64,000 nt of DNA from a virus, in UHGV virus genome UHGV-1366919. One strand, written 5' to 3'. This document shows, in pieces, positions 47,169 through 55,384 of the stretch. A program made the position numbers and the translations under genes. How positions within the stretch are numbered: position 1 is the stretch's first letter; every line of letters begins with the position of its first letter. The notes beneath the pieces were generated by a model. The model was not told where the DNA came from, ran no database searches, and saw only the letters and a program-made list of their open reading frames with translations.

Positions 47169-48200
47169 TTATTGTGAAACCAATTCACAATACATCATTC
47201 TCTTACCAATCATTTTGGTAATCGTATCTCCTATACATTCCATTACTTCAATCTTGGAGGTATTATGCCTATAGGAAAACTCATGGATATACCTCTTCAA
47301 ATGCTTAGGAGACATGTAATGGTAAACTCCATAATAACCTCTTTTCAGTAGAGACCAGAAGCTTTCAATGGAATTAGTATGAACCTCTCCATTGACGTAT
47401 TGTTTCCCCTTATGGTTGACAAACTCATGGACAAATCCGACAAGTCCTTTATAGGATTTGAACTCATCCGTAAACACATTGGAATTCCTCTCTACATGTT
47501 TTCCGATGAATCCTTGTAAATTGTAAGCGGATGTATCGTCGATATGTTTGACGATTACTTTTCCGTTTCTCTGTTTGGCTCCGATCACAATCAATTTACC
47601 TACTGAACCTCTTCCCTTGTTCAGCTTCTTGGAAAAGTGTTTGTTGGATTCCTTTCCTCCAATGAAGGTTTCATCTACTTCCACAATACCGTCCAACTTC
47701 TCCTTTTTATCTTTCATCCAAACTTCTCTGATCCTGTGACAGAGGAACCAGGCAGTCTTCTGAGTGATTCCAAGTTCTTTTGAAATCTGGATGGAGGAAA
47801 TGCCTTTTCTGGAAGTCGCCAACAGATACATACACATCAACCATTTGTGAAGAGGCAATTTGGATTCCTCTAAAATTGTACCAAATCTGACGCTGAAGAA
47901 CTTTCTACAATCTTTACAGCGATAAGGCATCGGTTTTTGATCCTTACATTCGGTGATATAATTGGAACCACAATGAGGACAACGGACATGACCATTCCAT
48001 CTTTTTAACTCAAAATATTTCCGGGCGGATTCCTCATTAGGAAATTTGGAGAAGAAGTCATAGAGAGAAGTGTATTTGAGCTTAGTTTTTCCCATATCAT
48101 CGCTTGGTTGATAGGGAAATTTTGTCGTGTTTTGATTGGTTCGTACGCGTTTATTTTCAGCGTATTGAGAATTATTTTTTATTACAATTTTCTTACCCAT
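47169..48200 (-). CDS. IS1595-family (ISXO2-like) DDE transposase
   Basis: N-terminal zinc-ribbon (CPHCGS...CKDCRKF), HTH, DDE core (DETFIGGK...). GC-richer than the host sequence. IS ends not resolved. Confidence 0.7.
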   Translation of the reverse strand: MGKKIVIKNNSQYAENKRVRTNQNTTKFPYQPSDDMGKTKLKYTSLYDFFSKFPNEESARKYFELKRWNGHVRCPHCGSNYITECKDQKPMPYRCKDCRKFFSVRFGTILEESKLPLHKWLMCMYLLATSRKGISSIQISKELGITQKTAWFLCHRIREVWMKDKKEKLDGIVEVDETFIGGKESNKHFSKKLNKGRGSVGKLIVIGAKQRNGKVIVKHIDDTSAYNLQGFIGKHVERNSNVFTDEFKSYKGLVGFVHEFVNHKGKQYVNGEVHTNSIESFWSLLKRGYYGVYHYMSPKHLKRYIHEFSYRHNTSKIEVMECIGDTITKMIGKRMMYCELVSQ

Positions 48201-48337
48201 ATTGGGCGAGTAGAAAATTGTTCTCAGAATTTAATGATATAAAAATTAATGGAGCTTTATTTAATAGTCATTAGGATAAACGTACACTTAGGCATGTGTC
48301 TGGACTATATGGAGAATGAGTAAAAATGGCTTGACTT

Positions 48338-48814
48338 TTGCTTTCTTCTTTTTCATCATATGGTATGCGTTTAAACGGCAATCAAATTTTTAATTTTACC
48401 GAACTAACAAGTATTATTGTTACCCTATCGAAGGAAATACAAAAACAATCTATTGAATCTAGTAAAATAGTTCAAAATGATAATATTGATTATTCAAAAT
48501 TCATTCAAAATTATTTGATGAATGACCCAAACCCTTCTTTATCAGAAGAACAATGTGATGAACTATTACGTCGTTTAAATTTACTTCATGATTTATTTAT
48601 AAATCAATATATTCACCATCCAACCTTGACTTTTGGATGGCGCTCCGTAGTCGTTTTAATGTCTTTTTGCCTAAGCGATACTTTTGAGAAAAGCACCATA
48701 ATAGAAGAAAATACATCTTTGATGGAAGAAGTCTGCAACACAAAAGATCCATTTTTTGAAAGATTGTGTAAACAATTCGGTATAACCAAAGGCAATTTTT
48801 ACCAAGAACCATAA
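48338..48814 (+). CDS. hypothetical protein
   Basis: 158 aa. Confidence 0.35.
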   Translation: MLSSFSSYGMRLNGNQIFNFTELTSIIVTLSKEIQKQSIESSKIVQNDNIDYSKFIQNYLMNDPNPSLSEEQCDELLRRLNLLHDLFINQYIHHPTLTFGWRSVVVLMSFCLSDTFEKSTIIEENTSLMEEVCNTKDPFFERLCKQFGITKGNFYQEP

Positions 48815-48867
48815 AACTACTTATCTTCAGTTCACTAAATTACAATATATAATTTTTTACCAATCTT

Positions 48868-49605
48868 ATGATAAAAATAAAATTGGCTGTTTTAGGGCAC
48901 TTGCCGTATCTAATTGATATTTCAAAAATAATAAAATGGAAATCTTGTTTATTTGAAATTGAAAGAGAAGTAGGAAAATATCCAATTACAACCGATTCAG
49001 ATGGTCCCGATTGGAGTTATAGTGATTCTAATCTTGTAAGTATTATTCCTCAAAGAAATAGTGAGGATATTTTGATTGTAATTACAAATGTTCCTCTAGA
49101 AGGTAATTATTTTGCAAGAAGATTTTCTGATAATAGAGTATGTTTGACCTATTATGAGATGGTAGATATATTGACAATATATAATATTTCACTAGAAAAT
49201 CTTATTCTAAGGGTTTTATATTCTATATCTATATTGTATAAAAGATATAGAAATCGTATTCCTACACGTCATGAACCAACGAATTTTGCTCATGATGAAA
49301 CAAGAGGATGTCTATATGACATGTGTGGTATTAAAACAGATATAATTCATTCTCTTAATAAACCGCAGTTATGTGATGATTGTGTTCATGATATAACTCA
49401 TAATGAAAATCCAAGGATCGATAGAAGTATTATTGATAAAGTTCAAATTGAGTTAAAGAAAATACATAAAGAAAGATATTATCAAATCTTGGATTTTGTA
49501 AAAAGAAGACCTGTTTTCACTCTTATTTTATCAACAATTATAACAATTGTTCTTGGTGCTGTCGGATCAGTTTTAGCGACAATATTATTAGAATATTGGA
49601 GGTGA
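48868..49605 (+). CDS. hypothetical protein with C-terminal TM anchor
   Basis: 245 aa; C-terminal LILSTIITIVLGAVGSVLATILL. Confidence 0.4.
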   Translation: MIKIKLAVLGHLPYLIDISKIIKWKSCLFEIEREVGKYPITTDSDGPDWSYSDSNLVSIIPQRNSEDILIVITNVPLEGNYFARRFSDNRVCLTYYEMVDILTIYNISLENLILRVLYSISILYKRYRNRIPTRHEPTNFAHDETRGCLYDMCGIKTDIIHSLNKPQLCDDCVHDITHNENPRIDRSIIDKVQIELKKIHKERYYQILDFVKRRPVFTLILSTIITIVLGAVGSVLATILLEYWR

Positions 49606-49707
49606 TCTGTTGGATGGTTAGTCAAGTATGTAGGTCCCATATTTTTGCCAAAGATAAATCTTTGTTACTGGAAACAACCACGTAGAGGTATATTACCGTA
49701 TGTTTCC

Positions 49708-49780
49708 TATTGCCATCGAGATTCGAACTCGAGATAGCCGGTAGAAAGCCGGCTGTGATAAACCACTTCACTATGGCAAC
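49708..49780 (-). tRNA. tRNA-Glu (anticodon TTC), U at position 37
   Basis: Manual cloverleaf: acceptor GTTGCCA/TGGCAAT, D-arm GTGA-AGTGGTTTA-TCAC, anticodon stem GCCGG/CCGGC with loop CTTTCTA, T-arm TCGAG-TTCGAAT-CTCGA. No encoded CCA. Confidence 0.6.
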
Positions 49781-49928
49781 ATATCAAGACTCAGCGGATT
49801 TGTTTTAAAAGAACAATGCTTAATGATTGCTGTTTGAGTCTTTCAAAGAATTTAAATCTTCTTATTAGAGAATTGTTGGAGTATTGGGCATTTACAATCC
49901 AATTTTTATAGCAACTGGCCTACCAGTC

Positions 49929-50147
49929 TCAGGATTTCTTACGAACAAGAAACTTACGCGATTCTCGGAGAGTTTTAAACTCATTCATCCTTTGCCGATT
50001 AAAATTGAGACGACGAAGACCCTCATCATACTGCTCCTCAAACGATTTTTCACTCTTAATTTCTTCCAGATTCTTAATCGTTTTTACGTCAAGCATCGTT
50101 CCAATTCGCATAATATTTCCTTTCGTATTTTCGTTATTACTTAACAA
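49929..50147 (-). CDS. hypothetical protein
   Basis: 72 aa; CACCT motif upstream at 50186-50195. Chosen over the overlapping plus-strand ORF 49884-50144. Confidence 0.3.
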   Translation of the reverse strand: MLSNNENTKGNIMRIGTMLDVKTIKNLEEIKSEKSFEEQYDEGLRRLNFNRQRMNEFKTLRESRKFLVRKKS

Positions 50148-50293
50148 CTTGTTACATTTTTATTATATTTTTTACCTTTATTTTTAAAGGTGATTTGAAA
50201 TATTGGAGCTGACAAGTAAGATTTGCACTTACAACTTCCTACTGGAATGCAGGACGACTTACTGCTTAAATCGATTGTCGCTTTAAAAAAACT

Positions 50294-50380
50294 TGGTACT
50301 ACCGGCGGGACTTGCACCCGCACGCTCTTACAAGCAACAAATTTTAAGTTTGCAATGTCTTCTAGTTCCATCACGGTAGC
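50294..50380 (-). tRNA. tRNA-Leu (anticodon TAA), type II with long variable arm, encoded CCA, non-canonical D/T loops
   Basis: Acceptor GCTACCG/CGGTAGT. Anticodon stem GCAAA/TTTGT with loop CTTAAAA. Variable arm TGCTTGTAAGAGCGT. T-arm GCGGG-TGCAAGT-CCCGC (G55). D-loop lacks GG. 3' ACCA. Confidence 0.5.
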
Positions 50381-50665
50381 TTATGCGCTAGACACATTAA
50401 TTATTAAGAATTACTCTTAATACCTGGAATCGAACCAAGAATATCCATTGTATAGGTTATTGCTGTATGTGTCTTACAATGACTAGACTCATTTTTTATT
50501 ATATACACCAATAATATTTTAATTTGCTGTACGAGTCTATAAAATCTTTATAACTAACTAAGCACCAAAGGTTTGACTCGAACAAGCAACTAACAACTAA
50601 CAACTAACGAGTAACGAGTTAACAGCTTGCCCCTCTACTATTGAGGTACTTTGGTATTCAATTAA

Positions 50666-50717
50666 TTATCTGATTTGAGGAAATCTTTATCTTTATTAAT
50701 TTCCTCAAATCAGATAA
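50666..50717. repeat. perfect 19-bp inverted repeat (hairpin) ttatctgatttgaggaaat / atttcctcaaatcagataa
   Basis: Exact reverse-complement arms separated by a 14-nt loop, in a ~1.2-kb intergenic region. Confidence 0.7.
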
Positions 50718-51014
50718 CTAATCAAAACTAGTTATTTGATTTATTACTTTGCATCAAAACAATTTTAATTCAATTATCCGTCCTTCACAGGATTGATTTT
50801 TTTTTTTGAATATTTCATTCGAAAAATTAGTTTCGCTCTTGGCTACTTATGCTCATCGCCGCGTAAAGGCTTTTTCGATGATGAACTGGTTGCAGCGGGC
50901 GGACATGCTCCGCTTAAGAGATGCTTATGAGACATCTGAGGCTACTAATACCTCTTTACTTTCCTGCTGCGATTTTCTGAGCAGTTTAAAATCTTGCTCA
51001 GGATTCTGAATTAT

Positions 51015-51134
51015 TTACTTACCTTTCTGAACCTTAATTACAGGAGGCTGATTAACAGTTTGTTGCTGTTGCTGAGAGCAAGAAGCTGTCAAACAAATTA
51101 CAGAAGCGGTAAGAAGAATTGCAATGTTTTTCAT
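51015..51134 (-). CDS. small lipoprotein-like ORF (39 aa)
   Basis: MKNIAILLTASVICLTASCSQQQQQTVNQPPVIKVQKGK. CACCT motif GAGCACCTAC at 51166-51175 about 35 nt upstream of the ATG. Confidence 0.3.
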   Translation of the reverse strand: MKNIAILLTASVICLTASCSQQQQQTVNQPPVIKVQKGK

Positions 51135-51177
51135 GATTTTATAATATTTTTTATCTTATTTTTTGTAGGTGCTCAAA

Positions 51178-51432
51178 TCAAATATATGAGTTTTGATATT
51201 TAATTGAATTGCGGAATTTTTTATCAGGATATTCTTTAATAAATCCTTCAGCAATTTTATCATCCCATATAGGTCTTTGACTAAATTTAGCACGAATATT
51301 GGGTTGATCCTTGGCCTTATATTCCCGATACCATTTTATATTGTTTCGAGTTTTATAAATCCAAAATGCTTTTCTGCTGTCAAGTTTATAACAAAACTTG
51401 TCCGGTATATTTTTTCTATATGATCTGCTCAT
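51178..51432 (-). CDS. hypothetical protein
   Basis: 84 aa. Confidence 0.3.
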   Translation of the reverse strand: MSRSYRKNIPDKFCYKLDSRKAFWIYKTRNNIKWYREYKAKDQPNIRAKFSQRPIWDDKIAEGFIKEYPDKKFRNSIKYQNSYI

Positions 51433-51450
51433 AACTTTCTAGGTACAAAC

Positions 51451-52578
51451 CTAGAAAGCATTACGATAATTATTGTTCATATTAAAGATGTCTGCAATAT
51501 TATGCTCAATATCAGTTGCTTGAACGCACTCAAGCAAAATATTTTCGTCCTTTATTTTATATACTAAACGATCAATTCCATTTTCAATGAGATCATTCGG
51601 ACCAAATACGATATGTTTCCATTCATAGTCATCATTAGAACCTTTTAACCGTTTAGCAATTCGAAGCGGATTAGTAGTAAACAAATTAATCGGTTCAGGA
51701 CTAATATCGGTTTTAGTTATATATTCAAACTTATTGCCTGCCTGGGGAATAACTTTAATTCTATAATTGCAAGGTCTAAATTCAATGTTAATATCATTGA
51801 TTATCTTATCTAGAGTTGTTTCGTAAAGATTACATTCTTCAGTAAGAGCCTGGAGAACATCAAAACTAAAGTTAAGAATAGATTTTGAAGTTTTTATAAA
51901 TTGAGAAATATTAGTATCAATTTGTACTTTCAAATTATCTTTAAGATATTCTTGAATTACTTCGGAAGAAAGTGAATCAAATTTAAAATGATAAAAGATT
52001 CTGCCAGGTCGGGAAAGGAAAAATTGATTAATCTTATAAAGATTATTACAAGAAAAAAGATAAAGATTCTTATTTTCATTTATCCCGTCCAAAAGACCGA
52101 GCAATCCAAATTGGTTTTCTTTTCCTGAATCCATTTCGCAATCATCTGTATTTTCATAGCTGAATTTATCAAATTCATCAAAAATACAAACAACTTTTTC
52201 GTCAATCTTTTTAATAAAATCAGAAAACTTATTTAGGTTAATTTTCTGATTAACAAGGATAACAGGAATATTATCCTCAATAGCTCTTTCAATACAAAGC
52301 TTAATCAAAAGGCTTTTTCCAGTTCCTTTCAGTCCGGACAATAGCACGCCGAGATTTTTATCCCTAGATTCATAAGTCTTAAAAATCCTTTGAACCTTAT
52401 TATTCAAATCTCTATAAATCTTCCTATTGTTGAAAATAAAATTATGTTCTTTTAAGAACATTTGTCCCTGAGGACCTGCATTTATTGTATAAATTTTAGC
52501 CGGGAGATTCTTTAAAATAGTAATACAGTTTTCAGAAAGAACATCAACTGTATCATTGTTAATGATATAATTAGACAT
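51451..52578 (-). CDS. AAA+ family ATPase
   Basis: Walker A GLKGTGKS, Walker B VVCIFDEFD. Confidence 0.55.
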   Translation of the reverse strand: MSNYIINNDTVDVLSENCITILKNLPAKIYTINAGPQGQMFLKEHNFIFNNRKIYRDLNNKVQRIFKTYESRDKNLGVLLSGLKGTGKSLLIKLCIERAIEDNIPVILVNQKINLNKFSDFIKKIDEKVVCIFDEFDKFSYENTDDCEMDSGKENQFGLLGLLDGINENKNLYLFSCNNLYKINQFFLSRPGRIFYHFKFDSLSSEVIQEYLKDNLKVQIDTNISQFIKTSKSILNFSFDVLQALTEECNLYETTLDKIINDINIEFRPCNYRIKVIPQAGNKFEYITKTDISPEPINLFTTNPLRIAKRLKGSNDDYEWKHIVFGPNDLIENGIDRLVYKIKDENILLECVQATDIEHNIADIFNMNNNYRNAF

Positions 52579-52996
52579 TATATTTTAGATAATAAGAATA
52601 ATAAAAAGATTTTTGGAATAAACAACCGCCTATTGCAGTTGAATGAGATACAAGCTCATAACCTTTTTTAATTAGAAAAGAAATAACTTCATTTAATATT
52701 TCCTCAAATATTTCTTTATCATGCTCTCTTTCATTTCGAAGAGTAAAGAATAAAAATTTAGGCCGTATAACATATTCCGGTAAAGAATAATCCTCAATAA
52801 TAAAATAACCGGTTTTAGGCAATTCTTTAGTATAGCGATCTATTTTCAGATCAATTTGATCAAGAATATATTCGAGACAATTAGACTTTTTAATTCTATA
52901 TTTCTCAATATCAAGAGCTACTTTAAATCGTTTCTTTTCTTCTTTAAGCCTTTGTTTAAGAAAAGTTTTATATTCATTTTTGTTAAACCAGCTCAT
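52571..52996 (-). CDS. hypothetical protein
   Basis: 141 aa; overlaps the ATPase start. Confidence 0.35.
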   Translation of the reverse strand: MSWFNKNEYKTFLKQRLKEEKKRFKVALDIEKYRIKKSNCLEYILDQIDLKIDRYTKELPKTGYFIIEDYSLPEYVIRPKFLFFTLRNEREHDKEIFEEILNEVISFLIKKGYELVSHSTAIGGCLFQKSFYYSYYLKYNV

Positions 52997-53300
52997 TGAT
53001 TGATGCTTCTTTATAAAAGTTAGAAAGGATAAGAGTTATAATGAAAGGTTCTCCTTTACTCAATTCAATGTCATATTCAATGCCATTATTATCTTCTTCC
53101 CAAATAATATGAAGCTCATCGTTAAACACAACTGTTTCAATATTTTTAATGAGCAGCATATTTTTTACCTTTTGAGTAAGGTCAAACATTGATCCGTCAA
53201 ATTCAATGATTTTTCCTCCCATAAGGGAATCTTTAATAATATCTTCATCCCCGTGAGATACATGAAGATAAGATGGAATTGAAACTGCAAAATTACTCAT
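52983..53300 (-). CDS. hypothetical protein
   Basis: 105 aa; CACCT motif at 53331-53340 about 40 nt upstream. Confidence 0.35.
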   Translation of the reverse strand: MSNFAVSIPSYLHVSHGDEDIIKDSLMGGKIIEFDGSMFDLTQKVKNMLLIKNIETVVFNDELHIIWEEDNNGIEYDIELSKGEPFIITLILSNFYKEASINELV

Positions 53301-53330
53301 AAAAATATTATGAGATAAATCTTATAACTC

Positions 53331-53340
53331 AAAGGTGTTT
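53331..53340 (-). promoter_or_regulatory. representative CACCT-core promoter-like motif (minus strand TTAAACACCTTTGAG) ~40 nt upstream of the ATG at 53300
   Basis: One of 15 or more similar sites. The others: 34313-34324, 35471-35480, 36889-36899, 37997-38007, 44661-44670, 45101-45110, 47163-47172, 50186-50195, 51166-51175, 55768-55777, 57537-57547, 59135-59144; plus-strand versions at 8115-8126 and 14694-14704. Confidence 0.45.
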
Positions 53341-53350
53341 AAGAAATAAA

Positions 53351-53425
53351 TGGAAGAGTTGCTGGGGTACGATCCCAGAATAGGAGAGTCAAAGTCTCCG
53401 GTGTTGCCAATTACACTACAACTCT
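53351..53425 (-). tRNA. tRNA-Gln (anticodon TTG), CCA encoded, T-loop ATCGTAC (54/58 swapped)
   Basis: Acceptor AGAGTTG/CAACTCT perfect. D-arm GTGT-AATTGGCA-ACAC. Anticodon stem GGAGA/TCTCC with loop CTTTGAC. T-stem CTGGG/CCCAG. 3' TCCA. Confidence 0.6.
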
Positions 53426-53431
53426 ATTTGT

Positions 53432-53506
53432 TGGAGGCTTCAATCGGTTATGCTCCGATGTTACCGGGTTACAAATCCGGGGTTTTACTGATTAAACTAT
53501 AAAGCC
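53432..53506 (-). tRNA. tRNA-like gene, probable tRNA-Thr (anticodon TGT) with atypical D-loop (no GG), T-loop AGCATAA and A31-C39 mismatch
   Basis: Acceptor GGCTTTA/TGAAGCC, D-stem GTTT/AAAC, anticodon loop TTTGTAA, T-stem ATCGG/CCGAT, encoded CCA. Packed 6 nt and 2 nt from the neighbouring tRNAs. Confidence 0.4.
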
Positions 53507-53508
53507 TT

Positions 53509-53582
53509 TGGTACTTTGTATCGAAATCGAATCGATGACTTCTGAGTGGAAATCAGATGTTTTACCACTAAACTAACAAAGC
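53509..53582 (-). tRNA. tRNA-Gly (anticodon TCC), CCA encoded
   Basis: All stems perfect: acceptor GCTTTGT/ACAAAGT, D GTTT/AAAC, anticodon TCTGA/TCAGA with loop TTTCCAC, T ATCGA-TTCGATT-TCGAT. Confidence 0.7.
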
Positions 53583-53606
53583 ATTAACAAGACACATTTT
53601 CTTTAT

Positions 53607-53662
53607 ACTCTACCAATTGAGCTAGCATCCTCTTCTCAAAGATGCCTAGGATTCGAACCCAG
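53607..53662 (-). other. tRNA-like halves in permuted order: 3' half (T-arm CTGGG-TTCGAAT-CCTAG + acceptor strand) directly followed by 5' half (acceptor GGATGCT + canonical D-arm GCTC-AATTGGTA-GAGT)
   Basis: The two acceptor strands are complementary (CTAGGCATC/GATGCTAG) and joined by an 11-nt loop. No complete cloverleaf in normal order can be drawn. Confidence 0.35.
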
Positions 53663-53794
53663 AACCGTTCATTTTTCATATGACTAAGATAATTGTTGTT
53701 AATGTCTTTTTTATGAGAAGACTTAGAGATATTAGTTTCATCTTTCCTGATTACTTATGTTCATTACCACGTAAAGGTTTCTCCATTAATGAAC

Positions 53795-53866
53795 TCGGGT
53801 ACCAGAGGGTCGAACTCTGTTAATCATGCTCCCAAAGCATGCCCATAACCGTCCTGGCCATACCCG
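53795..53866 (-). tRNA. tRNA-Pro (anticodon TGG)
   Basis: Acceptor CGGGTAT/GTACCCG. Anticodon stem CATGC/GCATG with loop TTTGGGA (G37). T-arm CAGAG-TTCGACC-CTCTG. No CCA encoded. Confidence 0.6.
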
Positions 53867-54374
53867 TTATACCGGTATTGTCGTCAACTTTCTCAGAAGT
53901 ACCGGACTCCTATAGCTTCAGCATACGATCAGCTAAACGATTATTTCTTAACCCATCGTTCTAACGGTAATCAGTTCCAGCTCGCTCTCTAACCGCTAAA
54001 CTGATAAGTCGCTAGTTAGGTAATTCTTTGTGACTAGCAAAGAAACACTATGTTCGATCTACATATTTACTCATCACTATCGAGTCAACGGACTAATAGG
54101 CTAAGAGTGGGATCTTCGTATTTTTAAAAATGTATTAATAATACGATCACTTTTAATAGTATGATCTCTATATACTTTTTCCTGCTTGAGTAAAATCTAA
54201 GATTTTACTCAAATAATATTCACTTGTTTGTGGATTTTTATTTACAATATATGTTCCTAATGGACAATTAGTAATAATATCTAATGATCCATTTTCTACT
54301 ACTCATAGATTATTATTATTTCGAATGAATTGAGACATTATGTTATTTTGTTTTTGTTTTTGTTTTTTAAAATT

Positions 54375-54452
54375 TGGTAAGCCTGGTCGGATTCGAACCG
54401 ACGATCTATCGATTATGAGTCGATTGCTTTAAAACCTCTAAGCTACAAGCCT
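54375..54452 (-). tRNA. tRNA-Met/Ile2 (anticodon CAT), CCA encoded; abuts the HNH gene stop
   Basis: Acceptor AGGCTTG/CAGGCTT (two G-U pairs). D GCTT/AAGC. Anticodon ATCGA/TCGAT with loop CTCATAA. T GTCGG-TTCGAAT-CCGAC. 3' ACCA. Confidence 0.65.
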
Positions 54453-54989
54453 TTATAAATTATATTGTGGATAATGTAATTCTAAATGACAATTAGAACA
54501 TAATAAATCACATTTATCAGCTTCTATTTGTAAAATATTAATAGGTTTAGAACTAAATGCACTAGCACTTAAACTAAAACATTTTTTAGTATTTTCTCTA
54601 TGGTGAAAAGATAAAACAGCTAAATTTTTATTATAACCACAAATTTGACATTTTCCACCTTTTTGAGATATAAAAAATAATTTTCTATTTTTATATCTAA
54701 GTTTAAATGATTTATAATCTTTTTTAAAATTACGAGAAGTATTTTTAATTTTAGACCTACAAGAAATTGAACAATATTTTTGTTGTAAACCTGTTAATAA
54801 ATTATTACAAACAATACAATAACGTTTAATTTTATTATTTCCTTGAAATACTGTTTTTAAATTATATTCTTTTAATCTATTTTTAACTGTCATAGGTGAA
54901 CATTTTAATTCTTTTGCAATTTTTCGTGTACTTAATTGCTTATTAATTAAATGTTCTAATTGTTCCTTAGAAATATTTGACTTACCCAT
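54453..54989 (-). CDS. HNH homing endonuclease with N-terminal HTH
   Basis: CQICGYNKNLAVLSFHHRENTKKC...CSNCHLELH HNH motif; extremely AT-rich; adjacent to a tRNA. Confidence 0.65.
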   Translation of the reverse strand: MGKSNISKEQLEHLINKQLSTRKIAKELKCSPMTVKNRLKEYNLKTVFQGNNKIKRYCIVCNNLLTGLQQKYCSISCRSKIKNTSRNFKKDYKSFKLRYKNRKLFFISQKGGKCQICGYNKNLAVLSFHHRENTKKCFSLSASAFSSKPINILQIEADKCDLLCSNCHLELHYPQYNL

Positions 54990-55349
54990 TTATTCAAATG
55001 GTATTTGACTTATATCATTTATTGACTCAATTTTATTAATCTCATTAATTATAATACAACAATTATACAAATTAATTATACCATTTTCAAAATCTTTCCA
55101 ATCATTTTCTGTTGGTTCATAGCCTTTTTCTACTTCACTCCAACTAATATAAAGGTTATTATCTTCAATCTCAAAATTAATTTCAAAAATAGGCCAAATA
55201 CTAATAAATTTATCTTTTAATTCTTTATAAGTTTCAAAATTAAAAATTGTCTGACCATCATATCTTTTTTGGAAAGAACGAATTTCGCCTTTTTCATAAT
55301 TATCTTCACTTACTTCAATAATAGTATTTGATAAATTAATTTGATACAT
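54990..55349 (-). CDS. hypothetical acidic protein
   Basis: 119 aa. Confidence 0.35.
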   Translation of the reverse strand: MYQINLSNTIIEVSEDNYEKGEIRSFQKRYDGQTIFNFETYKELKDKFISIWPIFEINFEIEDNNLYISWSEVEKGYEPTENDWKDFENGIINLYNCCIIINEINKIESINDISQIPFE

Positions 55350-55384
55350 ATTAATTATTATTCTGCGATTATTTTAATTTTTCC

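Noticed and set aside
49884-50144. Plus-strand ORF 49884-50144
   Set aside because: Overlaps the minus-strand ORF 49929-50147, which has the CACCT motif upstream; the plus-strand ORF has neither a motif nor a sensible start context.
50421-50437. Isolated T-arm CTTGG-TTCGATT-CCAGG as an eighth tRNA
   Set aside because: Followed by a hairpin (tattaaga/tcttaata) instead of an acceptor strand; no matching 5' acceptor within 120 nt.
50560-50640. tmRNA (tag-peptide-like tandem repeats caactaa... near a GACTCGAAC T-loop-like sequence)
   Set aside because: No acceptor/T-arm/CCA architecture could be built, and no plausible ...ALAA-stop tag frame.
53599-53690. Two-piece (permuted) tmRNA as explanation for the tRNA 3'-half/5'-half arrangement
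   Set aside because: The 5' half carries a fully canonical tRNA D-arm with GG, unlike tmRNA D-analogs, and there is no room for an mRNA-like domain before the next tRNA.
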